From positions 16 to 64,015 of the forward strand of contig DATHMS010000025.1 of assembly GCA_035486795.1 (NCBI GenBank): a stretch of 64,000 nucleotides of DNA, in the 5' to 3' direction. Below, one piece after another: positions 44,658-54,677 of the stretch. This DNA comes from Candidatus Sulfotelmatobacter sp. (GTDB taxonomy: Bacteria; Acidobacteriota; Terriglobia; Terriglobales; Acidobacteriaceae). The notes beneath the pieces are model-generated. The model saw nothing but the letters and a program-made list of their open reading frames with translations. It searched no databases and had not been told where the DNA came from. The position numbers and the translations under genes were made by a program. The first letter of the stretch is position 1; every line of letters begins with the position of its first letter.

Positions 44658-46210
44658 TAGTGGATCAGCTTCGCTACCATGGGATTCTGCGCCATCCCCA
44701 GCGACCAGTTCACCAGATGGATGAAGCGCTCCGGCATGATTCCGATGAAGAGCGTGGCGAACGCCGCCACGACGAGCGCGGCCCTCATGCTCCAGCTTAC
44801 CGGCAACAATCCCCGCTCCTCGGGCTGGCCCATGAACATGGCGTTCGCCATCTTCAGGTAATAGTAGAGGCCGAAGACGGAATAGAGCACGCCCAGGGAC
44901 GCGAGCGCGTAGTGTCCGGTTTCGATGAGGCTGAGGAAGATGAAGTATTTGCCCCAGAAACCGGCCAGGGGAGGAATGCCGGCGAGCGAGAACAGGAAGA
45001 TCAGCATCAACACGGCTTCGACGGGAGCGCGCGAGTAGAGGCCGTTGAGATCGTCGAGTTCGTCGCCGATTACGTTGCGATGTCGCAGCGAAGTGATCAC
45101 GCCGAACGCGCCAAGGTTCATGAAAGTGTAGACCAGCAGGTAAATCAGAATGCCTTTGACGCCGTCCGGATTGAGCTGGGTGAGAGTTCCGGCGATCAGG
45201 CCGAGCAGCATGTAGCCGACGTGCGCGATGGAAGAATAGGCGAGGAGGCGCTTGGTGTTGGTCTGAGTGAGGGCGGCGAAGTTCGCGCCCGTCATGGTGG
45301 CGATGGAGACGAAGACCAGCACCGGAACCCAGGTCGCGCGCATGGCGAGAAGTCCACCCGGAACGAACGGGGTGCCGATGCTGCCGATCAGGATGCGAAA
45401 CAGCATCGCCCATCCTGCAGCCTTGACCGCGACGGACATGAATCCCGTGATGCAGGTGGGCGCGCCTTCGTAAGCGTCCGGCGCCCACTGGTGGAAGGGG
45501 ATGGCCGCAATCTTGAACAGGAGGCCGGTGATTGTGGTCAGCAAAGCAACAATCGCGATTGGATTGTGCGGCTCTCTCAGGAGAATCCGGGAGAGCTGGT
45601 TGCCGATGACAGCCAGGTTTGTGCTGCCAGTCAGGCCATACAGCAGCGACAGGCCATAGGCAAAAATGCCGGATGAAAATGCGCCGAGTAACAGATATTT
45701 CAGTGCCGCTTCGTTGGAGCGGCGGTCGCGGCGCAGAAATCCCACCAAAACGTAGGTGGAAATCGCCATCAATTCCAGGCCGATGAAAATCAGTACGATG
45801 TCGAACCCAGCCGCCATGCTCATCATGCCGACAACCGAGAGCAGCATCAGGGTGTAATACTCGCCGTGGTTTTCATGCTCGGTCGTCATGTAGCGCATCG
45901 ACATGAGGATCGAGATAGCCGTACCCGCAAGAAACAGGTAAAAGAAATAGATCGAAAAGCGATCGACCAGCACGGTGCCCATGAAACCTGAAACGCGAGG
46001 CAGGCCGCTGGCTTGCATCCAGGCCTGGACGTTATAAACCGCCCTGGCAGCGAACAGTACGCCGACCAAAGCCGTGACCGCATTGACCCACTTCTCCTCC
46101 GGCGGCAGCATGAGATCGATGAGCAGGATGCCGAGAGCAAACAGGGTGAGCAGAGTGATGGGGAGGGCCAACAGATAGTCGTTCAAACCGAATTGGGGAG
46201 AAAGGCCCAC
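44657..46210 (-). CDS. nuoN: NADH-quinone oxidoreductase subunit N
   Basis: ND2-type antiporter-like protein of 517 aa. GTG start shares 1 nt with the nuoM stop (TAGTG). Confidence 0.9.
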   Translation of the reverse strand: MGLSPQFGLNDYLLALPITLLTLFALGILLIDLMLPPEEKWVNAVTALVGVLFAARAVYNVQAWMQASGLPRVSGFMGTVLVDRFSIYFFYLFLAGTAISILMSMRYMTTEHENHGEYYTLMLLSVVGMMSMAAGFDIVLIFIGLELMAISTYVLVGFLRRDRRSNEAALKYLLLGAFSSGIFAYGLSLLYGLTGSTNLAVIGNQLSRILLREPHNPIAIVALLTTITGLLFKIAAIPFHQWAPDAYEGAPTCITGFMSVAVKAAGWAMLFRILIGSIGTPFVPGGLLAMRATWVPVLVFVSIATMTGANFAALTQTNTKRLLAYSSIAHVGYMLLGLIAGTLTQLNPDGVKGILIYLLVYTFMNLGAFGVITSLRHRNVIGDELDDLNGLYSRAPVEAVLMLIFLFSLAGIPPLAGFWGKYFIFLSLIETGHYALASLGVLYSVFGLYYYLKMANAMFMGQPEERGLLPVSWSMRAALVVAAFATLFIGIMPERFIHLVNWSLGMAQNPMVAKLIH

Positions 46211-47871
46211 TAGTTCTTCCCCTTGGGCGGTGCTATCACGGGCTTTGGACCGTGATACGGCTGAGATCGGTCATCAATAATCGGCGGAATTTCTGGCGGC
46301 ACTTCGTTAGGCTGAACCGAAGCGTTCATTGCGGCCCCTGCCTGAGGGGCGCGCACATTCTGCACGATCTGATTCACGGGCTGATCGAGAATCTGCAAAA
46401 ACGGTTTGGGATAAAGGCCGATCCAGAACGCCATGATGAGAAGCGGCACAAAGGTCAAGACTTCACGCGGAGTCAGATCCTGCAGCTTTTCATTTTTCGG
46501 ATTGCTGACCGGGCCAAAGAAAACGCGCTGATAAAGCCACAGGAGATACGCCGCTGCGAGCACCACTCCGGGGACAGCCCACGCCGCCCACTTCCAATTC
46601 TCCATGAAAGCGCCCAGCATGATGTAGTACTCGCCGACGAAGCCGTTCAGCAGCGGCAGTCCCATCGAGGAGAGGAACATGATCAGGGTGATCGTGGCAT
46701 AAACGGGCATGACGTTCGAAATACCGCCATATTCAGCGATCTCGCGGGTGTGGCGGCGTTCATAAAGAATGCCGACGATCAAGAACAGCGCGCCAGTCGA
46801 GACGCCGTGATTAATCTGCTGCAGAACCGATCCGCTCAATCCAAGCGGCGTCAGGGCGAAGATGCCCAGCGTACAAAAGCCCAGATGGCTTACCGAGGAG
46901 TACGCCACCAGCTTCTTCATGTCCTTCTGCATGAGAGAAACGAGTGCACCGTAGAGGATAGCGATTATGGAGAGCGTGATCATCCAGCCCCGGACTTTCG
47001 TGTGCATCAGCACATCGGGGAAGAATGGCAGCGAGAACCGGATGAATCCATATGTTCCCATCTTCAGCAGAACGCCAGCCAGAATGACCGAGCCCGCCGT
47101 CGGCGCCTCCACGTGCGCGTCAGGCAGCCAGGTGTGGAAGGGGAACATTGGCACTTTGATGGCGAAGGCAAAGAAGAAGGCGAAGAAGAGCAGCGTGGCG
47201 ATGGTCGGCCCGTAGGCTGGGTCGGAATAAATCTTCGGGGCGGTTTCGTAGAGGGCCGTGAGGCTGAATGTGTAGATTCCGGTCAAGGCATGGTGATGGA
47301 AATAGAGGAACAGGATGCCGAGCAGCATCAGGACCGAGCCGGCCAGCGTGTATAGGAAGAACTTGATCGCCGCGTAAAGCTTGCGCGGACCGCCCCAGAT
47401 ACCGATCAGCAGGTACATCGGCACCAGCATGGCTTCCCAGAAGACGAAGAAGAGGAAGAAATCGAGCGCCATGAAGACGCCGAGCATGCCAGTCTGAAGA
47501 ATCAGAAACCAGATGTAGTACTCCTTGACGCGGTTCTCGATGGCGGTCCACGAGGAGAGGATCGAAATCCAGCCCAGCAGCGTGGTAAGCATGATCAGCA
47601 GGAAAGAAATGCCGTCGATGCCAATCACGTAGCCCGCGCCGATGGAGGGAATCCAGTTGTTGGGCACGCCCTCGATAAACTTGAAGCGGTCGGCACTCTG
47701 CATCTGCGACCAGAACATCGGCGCCAGCGGCAGCGAGACCAGGAAGCCGCCGAGCGCGAAAAAGTTCGCAATCCAGCGGATCGCGTCCTTGTTCTCCTTG
47801 GGAACGAACAGGAGAATGAGCGCGCCTACCAGCGGCGTGAAGAGGATGATCGAGAGTATGTGGTTTTGCAT
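46210..47871 (-). CDS. nuoM: NADH-quinone oxidoreductase subunit M
   Basis: DAHVEAPTAGSVILAGVLLKMGTYGFIRF is the ND4-type signature. Confidence 0.9.
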   Translation of the reverse strand: MQNHILSIILFTPLVGALILLFVPKENKDAIRWIANFFALGGFLVSLPLAPMFWSQMQSADRFKFIEGVPNNWIPSIGAGYVIGIDGISFLLIMLTTLLGWISILSSWTAIENRVKEYYIWFLILQTGMLGVFMALDFFLFFVFWEAMLVPMYLLIGIWGGPRKLYAAIKFFLYTLAGSVLMLLGILFLYFHHHALTGIYTFSLTALYETAPKIYSDPAYGPTIATLLFFAFFFAFAIKVPMFPFHTWLPDAHVEAPTAGSVILAGVLLKMGTYGFIRFSLPFFPDVLMHTKVRGWMITLSIIAILYGALVSLMQKDMKKLVAYSSVSHLGFCTLGIFALTPLGLSGSVLQQINHGVSTGALFLIVGILYERRHTREIAEYGGISNVMPVYATITLIMFLSSMGLPLLNGFVGEYYIMLGAFMENWKWAAWAVPGVVLAAAYLLWLYQRVFFGPVSNPKNEKLQDLTPREVLTFVPLLIMAFWIGLYPKPFLQILDQPVNQIVQNVRAPQAGAAMNASVQPNEVPPEIPPIIDDRSQPYHGPKPVIAPPKGKN

Positions 47872-47874
47872 GAA

Positions 47875-47965
47875 AAGCTCTTAGCCTTTAGCTCTTTAGC
47901 CTTTAGCTCACAACTCTTCGCCTTTGGTTTCAAGCTAGGAGCCAAGAGCTAACGGCTAAGAGCTT
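47875..47965. other. long imperfect hairpin filling the nuoL-nuoM spacer
   Basis: Outer 12-bp perfect stem AAGCTCTTAGCC (47875-47886) / GGCTAAGAGCTT (47954-47965). Next 9 bp TTAGCTCTT (47888-47896) / AAGAGCTAA (47944-47952). The arms are built from TTAGC(C/T) words. Confidence 0.75.
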
Positions 47966-47968
47966 CTT

Positions 47969-50104
47969 TCAGTGATACACGTAATAAAATACGAAACCTA
48001 CCAGTCCCGCGGTCATCACCAGCGCGTACCACTGGACCAGACCCCATTCGAACAACCGCGCGGGATATGAAAGCATGCGCGCCAGAATCGCCGGACCGTT
48101 GACGCCGATGCCGTCGATGATCCACTTGTCCCACCAACTGGAGATTGTCGCGGTCAGACGCGTGATCCAGCCGGCGGCGTTGACCGCGCCATCGACAACA
48201 TTCGTGTCGAACCACGCAGACGCTTCGCCTAATCCGAGCACGCCCAGGCGGAGATTTCCTAGCTTGCGGCGGCCGGTGAAGACGTAATCATAACCTTCAT
48301 CCACGTAATACTTATTGAGCAGCACGTTGTAGACGGGCGGAGCGGCTACGGCAATGGGCTCGGTGTAAGCCTTGTCAGCATGGTAATAATTCTTCCAAGC
48401 CATTCCCCAGCCGATGCCGGCAGCGGCCAAAGACAGACCCATCAGCAGCCACTCCGTGCCAGTGTTGTGTTCTTCCTCTTTGGCTCCAGCGGTCAATTGG
48501 CCGGCTCTACCCTCTTCCTGAAGAACCTGAGCTTCAGGGGCGAAGACGGGCTCGAGGAACGTTGTGAAGCGGTCGGAGCCGCCAAGACTGTGCGGCCATC
48601 CCAGCCATCCGGCGACAATCGCGAAAAGCGCAAGCACAACCAGTGGCGCGGTCATCGACACGGGCGATTCGTGAATGTGGTGCTCCACCTCGCGGCTCAT
48701 GCGGGGGCGGCCATGGAAAGTAAGGTACATCAGGCGGAACATGTAAAAGGCGGTCATCAACGCAGTGATGAAACCGATAGCCCAGAGAAAATGGTATCCG
48801 CTTGCCTCTCGCGACCACGCTTCCCAGAGAATGGCGTCTTTCGAGAAGAAGCCGGCGAACGGAAAGATGCCAGCGATGGCTAACGTGGCGATGAACATGG
48901 TGCGGTGCGTGGTGGGAATGCGATGGAAGAGGTCGCCCATGTTGCGCATGTCCTGCTCGCCGCTCATGGAGTGAATCACGGAGCCTGCACCGAGGAAGAG
49001 CAGCGCCTTGAAGAAGGCGTGCGTGAAGACGTGGAAAACGCCAGCGGCAAACGCCCCAACGCCTAGCGCCAGGAACATGTAACCAAGCTGCGAGACGGTG
49101 GAATAAGCGAGCACGCGCTTGATGTCGTTTTGCACCAGGCCGATGGAGGCGGCGAAGATTGCAGTGAGAGCGCCTACGATGGCAACGACCAGCATCGACT
49201 TCGGAGCCAGGACGAACAGCGCGTTCGAACGCGCGACCATGTAGACGCCCGCTGTGACCATGGTTGCGGCGTGGATGAGCGCGGAAACCGGCGTGGGGCC
49301 TTCCATGGCGTCGGGCAGCCAGACGTAGAGCGGAAGCTGTGCCGACTTGCCGCAGGCGCCGACGAAGAGCAGCAAAGTAGCCGCAGTGATGATGGGATCA
49401 CCGATGGCAAAGCGTCCGCTATGCGCAATGTGGGTGACGTCGGTGAAGCGCAGCGATCCGAAGTACCAGGCGATAAAAAACATTCCCAGCAGAAATCCGG
49501 CATCGCCGATCCGGTTGACGATGAAGGCCTTGTTTCCCGCGTCCGTGGCTGACTTGCGGTGGAAATAGAACCCGATCAGCAAATAGGAGCACAGTCCCAC
49601 TCCCTCCCAGCCGACAAACATCAGCACATAGTTGTTGGCCAGGATCAGAGTCAGCATGGAAAACATGAAGAGGTTGAGATATCCGAAGAAGCGGTAATAG
49701 CCGCCTTCATGCGCCATGTATCCGGTGGAATAGATGTGAATCAGCATGCCGACGCCGGTAACGAACAACAGCCAGATGCTCGAGAGTGGATCAAGCAGGA
49801 ACCCGGCGTCGGCCTGGAATGCGGCTTGCGACCCATCATGGGTCGTGTAATTCATGTGGCCGCTGTCGGTGCCGAGCCAGGTGTAGAGGACGGTCTGATA
49901 AGGCTGGTGAAAATGCTCGGGAGTGGACGACCAGGCGGAGTACTGCCAGAATGCACCGCAGGCCATGAGGAAAGCAAGGACGATGGTGCCCACGCAGACT
50001 GCGCTCACCGTGGCCTTCTGCAGCTTGCGGCCGAAGAAGAACATGACGACAGCGCCGAAGGCCGGCAGCAGCGGTATCCACCAGATGTGGTCGAGAAAAA
50101 ACAT
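47969..50104 (-). CDS. nuoL: NADH-quinone oxidoreductase subunit L
   Basis: GPTPVSALIHAATMVTAGVYM is the ND5-type signature. 711 aa. Confidence 0.9.
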   Translation of the reverse strand: MFFLDHIWWIPLLPAFGAVVMFFFGRKLQKATVSAVCVGTIVLAFLMACGAFWQYSAWSSTPEHFHQPYQTVLYTWLGTDSGHMNYTTHDGSQAAFQADAGFLLDPLSSIWLLFVTGVGMLIHIYSTGYMAHEGGYYRFFGYLNLFMFSMLTLILANNYVLMFVGWEGVGLCSYLLIGFYFHRKSATDAGNKAFIVNRIGDAGFLLGMFFIAWYFGSLRFTDVTHIAHSGRFAIGDPIITAATLLLFVGACGKSAQLPLYVWLPDAMEGPTPVSALIHAATMVTAGVYMVARSNALFVLAPKSMLVVAIVGALTAIFAASIGLVQNDIKRVLAYSTVSQLGYMFLALGVGAFAAGVFHVFTHAFFKALLFLGAGSVIHSMSGEQDMRNMGDLFHRIPTTHRTMFIATLAIAGIFPFAGFFSKDAILWEAWSREASGYHFLWAIGFITALMTAFYMFRLMYLTFHGRPRMSREVEHHIHESPVSMTAPLVVLALFAIVAGWLGWPHSLGGSDRFTTFLEPVFAPEAQVLQEEGRAGQLTAGAKEEEHNTGTEWLLMGLSLAAAGIGWGMAWKNYYHADKAYTEPIAVAAPPVYNVLLNKYYVDEGYDYVFTGRRKLGNLRLGVLGLGEASAWFDTNVVDGAVNAAGWITRLTATISSWWDKWIIDGIGVNGPAILARMLSYPARLFEWGLVQWYALVMTAGLVGFVFYYVYH

Positions 50105-50123
50105 AAATTCAGGTTCTAGCTTC

Positions 50124-50474
50124 CTACCACTTCAGCAAATTCACTTCGTCTATGTTCACCGTCTCCTTGTTGCGGAAGAAGGCGATCAGAATACCGAGGC
50201 CGACCGCGGCTTCTGCGGCGGCGTCGGTGATAACAAAAATAGAAAAGATCTGGCCGTGCAAGGCCAATGGTCCGCCACCTAAACGGGCAGGCATCCCCTG
50301 CCAATAATGTGAGAAAGCCACCAGATTCAGGTTCACGGCATTCAGAATGAGTTCAATCGACATCAGGACGATGACCACGTTGCGGCGCGTCAGCACCCCG
50401 ATTACCCCCAGCAGGAACAAAGCTGCCCCGAGTATCAGGTAGTGCAGCGTCGTGATGTGGAGCATGGATTCCAT
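50124..50474 (-). CDS. nuoK: NADH-quinone oxidoreductase subunit K
   Basis: [18 protein letters not shown] and [17 protein letters not shown]. Start is uncertain (TTG 50483, ATG 50474 or ATG 50465). Has an insertion [16 protein letters not shown] of about 10 aa. Confidence 0.85.
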   Translation of the reverse strand: MESMLHITTLHYLILGAALFLLGVIGVLTRRNVVIVLMSIELILNAVNLNLVAFSHYWQGMPARLGGGPLALHGQIFSIFVITDAAAEAAVGLGILIAFFRNKETVNIDEVNLLKW

Positions 50475-50512
50475 AAGCTGCAAGCAAGACGTAGCAAGCT
50501 AGGCCTCTACAT

Positions 50513-51022
50513 CTAGATTCTCTTTTTTGCCATCACCACCGCTCCGATGATCGCAACCAGCAGGAGCAACGAGGCGATCTCGAAGGCGAACATGTATTGT
50601 CCATACAGCAGGTTGGCTACTTTTTGCGTATTATCGCCTTCCATGATGGTGGACACGCCGTCGGGGAAGATATCCCTGCCCTTTGCATAGACAGCGATAA
50701 ATAATCCGCCCAAAGCCGTGGCGGCAATGATCCCGACCACCCACTGACTATTGAATTGCCGCTCTTTCATGGAGCGTTCAATGCTCACGAGCATGATTAC
50801 GAACAGAAACAGCACCATGATGCCGCCAGCATAAAGAATGATCTGCACGCCAGCGACGAACGGAGCGTAGAGCATCAGATAGAGCGAAGCCTGAGCCAGC
50901 AGCGCGACAATCAGCGCCAGCGCCGAATGCACCGCGTTCTTGCGCGTGATCACCAGGATGCCCCCGATCAGCATGATCGCGGCAAACAGGTAAAAGAAAA
51001 ATGGTGTGGCTACGGGTGCCAT
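50513..51022 (-). CDS. nuoJ: NADH-quinone oxidoreductase subunit J
   Basis: ND6-type AVHSALALIVALLAQASLYLMLYAPFVAGVQIILYAGGIMVLFLF. Overlaps nuoH by 13 nt. Confidence 0.9.
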   Translation of the reverse strand: MAPVATPFFFYLFAAIMLIGGILVITRKNAVHSALALIVALLAQASLYLMLYAPFVAGVQIILYAGGIMVLFLFVIMLVSIERSMKERQFNSQWVVGIIAATALGGLFIAVYAKGRDIFPDGVSTIMEGDNTQKVANLLYGQYMFAFEIASLLLLVAIIGAVVMAKKRI

Positions 51023-52302
51023 ATCTTTTGTTGCAGCAGCGCTACGCTAGCCGTCAGAATCAGAACGCCCAAACCCAACGGCAGCAGGACTTTCCATCCC
51101 ATCTGCATGAGCTGGTCAAAGCGATATCGCGGGAACGTGCCACGATACCAGATATAGAGGTACATGAACCCGGCAACTTTCGCCGAGAACCAGAAAATAT
51201 CCTGAATGCGGATGCTCACCGCCGGAACGAACAGAACCAGACCAATTAAGCCAAGGACCGCGCCAAATCCCGCAAGACCGATGGTTTGAATGCGGAACAG
51301 CGGATGCTTCGGCATGCGGACGGTGTTGTAAAAGCAAATCGCGGCGAAGAAAAGAAAGGTGACGCCGGGGAACAAAGAGAAAATCTGATCCCAGGGAGTG
51401 CCGCTCAGTAAATTCGGAAATGGCCGCAGCCATCCCCCGAGCCAAAGTGTCACCGCGATGGAAGATACCGCGATCATGGCAGAGTATTCCGCCAGAAAGA
51501 ACAACGACCAGCGGAAGCCGCTGTATTCGGTGTGGAAACCTGCGGTCAACTCGGACTCGGCCTCGGCCAAATCGAACGGCGCGCGATTGGTTTCGGCAAC
51601 CATGGCGACGGCGAAGATGAAGAAGGCGATCAGGCCAAGCGGGAAAAACTTAAAGATGAACCACTCTCCCTGCGCCTGCTGAGCTTGAACGATTCCGATC
51701 ATACTGAGCGTTCCGGTTCCGGTCGCGTTCAGGCTGGTCATCAGGATCGCTGAAACCACGGCCAGTCCCATCGCGACTTCATAGGACACCATCTGCGCGC
51801 TCGACCGCAGCGCGCCGATCAGCGGATAGTGTGAGTTCGAAGCCCATCCCGCCATCACGATGCCCAGCACGCTCAGCGACGAAACGCCGAGCATGAAGAG
51901 GATTCCGATGTTCATGTCGGTGACGGCGTGCGTGGGGCCGAACGGGACCACGACAAAAACTGTAAACGCCGCCAATACCACAATCAGCGGTGCCATCCAG
52001 AAAACGAAGCCGTCGGCCTCGGCGGGCATGATGTCTTCTTTGAGCAGCAGTTTGATCGCGTCGGCGATGGGCTGCAGTAATCCGTGCGGGCCGACGCGCA
52101 TGGGCCCGAGGCGGACCTGCATGTGGGCGAGGATTTTGCGCTCAAGCCAGTTCATCGCGATCACAGCTACAGAAAGTCCGCCGAAGACGAGCATGATGTA
52201 GACCAGCGCCCAGAACATGTTGCCGGCGGAACCGGGCGTTTTGTCGCTCGAGAGGTACGACTGAATGTATTGGATGATCTGTCCCATGACTGATCCGCCC
52301 AT
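51010..52302 (-). CDS. nuoH: NADH-quinone oxidoreductase subunit H
   Basis: ND1-type RLGPMRVGPHGLLQPIADAIKLL, PFDLAEAESELTAGFHTEYSGFRW. Confidence 0.9.
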   Translation of the reverse strand: MGGSVMGQIIQYIQSYLSSDKTPGSAGNMFWALVYIMLVFGGLSVAVIAMNWLERKILAHMQVRLGPMRVGPHGLLQPIADAIKLLLKEDIMPAEADGFVFWMAPLIVVLAAFTVFVVVPFGPTHAVTDMNIGILFMLGVSSLSVLGIVMAGWASNSHYPLIGALRSSAQMVSYEVAMGLAVVSAILMTSLNATGTGTLSMIGIVQAQQAQGEWFIFKFFPLGLIAFFIFAVAMVAETNRAPFDLAEAESELTAGFHTEYSGFRWSLFFLAEYSAMIAVSSIAVTLWLGGWLRPFPNLLSGTPWDQIFSLFPGVTFLFFAAICFYNTVRMPKHPLFRIQTIGLAGFGAVLGLIGLVLFVPAVSIRIQDIFWFSAKVAGFMYLYIWYRGTFPRYRFDQLMQMGWKVLLPLGLGVLILTASVALLQQKIWHP

Positions 52303-53456
52303 CAGCGGTCCACCTCGCCGAGAACGATGTCGAGCGTGCCGATCACCGCGATCACGTCAGCCACAAGCTGGCCGCGGCACATCACGTCGAGCGCCTGCAG
52401 ATTCACGAACGATGGCGGACGCACGCGAAGGCGGTAGGGTTGGGTCGATCCGTCGCTGACGATGAAGTACCCCAGTTCGCCCTTCGGCGCTTCGATCGAG
52501 TGATAGACCTCGCCCGCCGCCGGCTTCATCACCTTCGGAACCTTCGCCATGATCGGACCTTCGGGCAGCGCGTCCACAGCCTGCTCGATGATGCGCACCG
52601 ATTGCCGCATCTCAGCCATCCGCACCAGATACCGGTCGTAAGTGTCGCCGTTCTGTCCGGTAGGAATTTCGAAGTCGAAGTTCTTGTAGCAGGCGTAGGG
52701 TTGAGCCTTGCGCAGATCCCACTTCACGCCACTGGCGCGGAGTACGGGACCAGTCACTCCGAGCGCGATGCAATCCTGTGCCGAGATCGTTCCGACTTTC
52801 TTAGTACGCTCCACCCAGATTCGGTTGGTGGTGAGCAATTCCTCGTACTCGTCGATCTTCGGACGAAAGAACGTGAGGAAGTTCTTCACTTCCTTCTCAA
52901 AGCCGGTATAAGTCTCATACTGCAGGCCGCCAATACGAAACGCATGCGTGGTGAGGCGCGCGCCACAATATTTTTCGTAGATCTTGAGAATCTCTTCGCG
53001 GTCGCGGAAGGTATAGAACAGCGGCGTGATGGCGCCGATATCAAGGGCATGCGTGCCCAGCCAGAGCTGGTGGCTTGCAATGCGGTTGAGTTCCGTGAGG
53101 ATCACGCGCACATGCTGGGCACGCGGCGGTGCTTCTACGTTGAGAAGTTTCTCTACCGTCTCGCAATAACCCAGCCCGTTCGAGACCGCGGCCACGTAGT
53201 CCATGCGGTCTACGTACGGGTTAAACATCGTATACGTGCGGTGCTCGCCAATTTTCTCGACGCCGCGGTGCAGATAGCCAATCACGCATTCCAGGCCAAG
53301 TACCTTTTCGCCGTCGAGCCGCAGAATCACTCGCAGCACGCCGTGCGTAGCGGGATGCTGCGGGCCCATGTTGATGATGAGTTCGTTGGCGTCAAGATAA
53401 GTCTTGTCGTGGCTTTCGAGCTCCAGCGGTGAGAGCGTGGTGTGGGGGTCGGTCAT
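52302..53456 (-). CDS. nuoD: NADH-quinone oxidoreductase subunit D
   Basis: [13 protein letters not shown] and HRGVEK. The stop shares 1 nt with the nuoH start (TGATG). Confidence 0.9.
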   Translation of the reverse strand: MTDPHTTLSPLELESHDKTYLDANELIINMGPQHPATHGVLRVILRLDGEKVLGLECVIGYLHRGVEKIGEHRTYTMFNPYVDRMDYVAAVSNGLGYCETVEKLLNVEAPPRAQHVRVILTELNRIASHQLWLGTHALDIGAITPLFYTFRDREEILKIYEKYCGARLTTHAFRIGGLQYETYTGFEKEVKNFLTFFRPKIDEYEELLTTNRIWVERTKKVGTISAQDCIALGVTGPVLRASGVKWDLRKAQPYACYKNFDFEIPTGQNGDTYDRYLVRMAEMRQSVRIIEQAVDALPEGPIMAKVPKVMKPAAGEVYHSIEAPKGELGYFIVSDGSTQPYRLRVRPPSFVNLQALDVMCRGQLVADVIAVIGTLDIVLGEVDR

Positions 53457-53489
53457 TCTGATTTAACTCCCGATTCTAACTGGCGCCTT

Positions 53490-54137
53490 TCATTGCCCGC
53501 TCTCGATGCCGAGGTTGATCTGCACCCACTCGTTATCTTGTTGCAGAATTCCGTAATCTTTTCGCAGGGGATGTCCCTTCCAGCCATCAGGCAGCAGAAT
53601 CCGCTTCATGTCAGGATGTCCGTCAAACTTAATGCCGAACATGTCGTAGACTTCGCGCTCCAGCCAGTTGGCCCCTGGCCACACAGAAATAGAACTCGGC
53701 AGGCTCGCACCATCGAGAATCTGCGTTTTAACGCGGATGCGCTCGTTGCGCGGGAAGGAATAAAGCACCCACACCACGTCGAATTGCTTTTCACGCGCGG
53801 GGTAATGCACCGCCGTGATGTCCGCGCAGTAATCGAACTGCTCCTCATTACGTAAAACTTGAAGAATCTCAGGAATCAGCGAGCGATCGACCGCCATGTA
53901 GTTCTGCCCGGCATACGTCAGCGGCTCAATCCCGGAACCATAGTTGCCCCTGAGCTTCGCAATCATGGGCGAATCCCAGGGAGTAGGAACAGGTGCGGCA
54001 GGTTTAGCGGGAGCAGCAGGTTTAGCAGTCGCCGCTGCCGCAGGCGCTGCCGGCGCAGGCGCTGCCGGCGCGGGCGCCATCGGCTTCGGTTCGCCTTCCG
54101 GCGGTGGTGAAGCGGGCGATTTGGTTTCGTCCGGCAT
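53490..54137 (-). CDS. nuoC: NADH-quinone oxidoreductase subunit C with Pro/Ala-rich N-terminal extension
   Basis: WPGANWLEREVYDMFGIKFDGHPD. The first 55 or so residues are low-complexity PAPAAPA/KPAAPA. Confidence 0.9.
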   Translation of the reverse strand: MPDETKSPASPPPEGEPKPMAPAPAAPAPAAPAAAATAKPAAPAKPAAPVPTPWDSPMIAKLRGNYGSGIEPLTYAGQNYMAVDRSLIPEILQVLRNEEQFDYCADITAVHYPAREKQFDVVWVLYSFPRNERIRVKTQILDGASLPSSISVWPGANWLEREVYDMFGIKFDGHPDMKRILLPDGWKGHPLRKDYGILQQDNEWVQINLGIESGQ

Positions 54138-54239
54138 AGCTCGGAAACAAACAAACCTCCGGCTCAGGGAGTTACGGAGAGAACGTTAACTTTTATCAGC
54201 TTGAGGATACGGTGTCAACGAGGTTGGCGAGAAGCAGTT

Positions 54240-54280
54240 GTCATCCTGAACATGCTTTTTTTGAGCAACTAAGGACCTGG
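54240..54280 (+). repeat. short dispersed motif copy 3
   Basis: GTCATCCTGAACATGCTTTTTTTGAGCAACTAAGGACCTGG, followed by a nested hairpin (GTGTCGC-gctgttt-GCGACAC inside CGAGCC...GGCTCG) extending to about 54340. Confidence 0.35.
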
Positions 54281-54344
54281 GCGAGCCGCGCGGTGTGTCG
54301 CGCTGTTTGCGACACAATAATCGCGCGTTTGGCTCGCTTCCCTA

Positions 54345-54677
54345 CTACACACGCCCCTGCGCCTGATAGTGCTCGATCAGATCGCGGATGCGCTGGGCAT
54401 CCCCTTTGCGATGCCCGTGGCTGGTGATGGGGTCGGTGCCGCCAGTGGATTCAATCCGAATCTCGGCCCAGAGAACACCGGTCGAGATGTGCACCGAGGC
54501 AATCTTCGACATGGCGATGCTCTCGTCGTTGCTGCCAAACCACCTCGACTTCACGCGGCTGACGCGCAGGGGGCTGACCACAAGCCGGGTTGGAAACAGA
54601 AAGTTGCCCTGGGTCCAGCGGCTGGCGGTAAAGGTTTCGACCGGCGACTCGGCGGGCGTAGGCGGCGTTACACCCAT
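54345..54677 (-). CDS. small PH-like (bacterial pleckstrin-homology-type) hypothetical protein
   Basis: ATG 54677 lies inside the last 10 nt of nuoA. FPTRLVVSPLRVSRVK...MSKIASVHISTGVLWAEIRIESTGG resembles the bPH strand pattern. It has no NuoB motifs and no Cys at all. Confidence 0.5.
   Translation of the reverse strand: MGVTPPTPAESPVETFTASRWTQGNFLFPTRLVVSPLRVSRVKSRWFGSNDESIAMSKIASVHISTGVLWAEIRIESTGGTDPITSHGHRKGDAQRIRDLIEHYQAQGRV

Noticed and set aside
54138-54344. Possible degraded nuoB remnant in the nuoA-nuoC gap.
   Set aside because: No frame shows any NuoB-like string (no CCxxE or GxCxxxGG Cys motifs). The gap is explained by the motif copy plus hairpin. A remnant below recognisable similarity cannot be excluded without a profile search.
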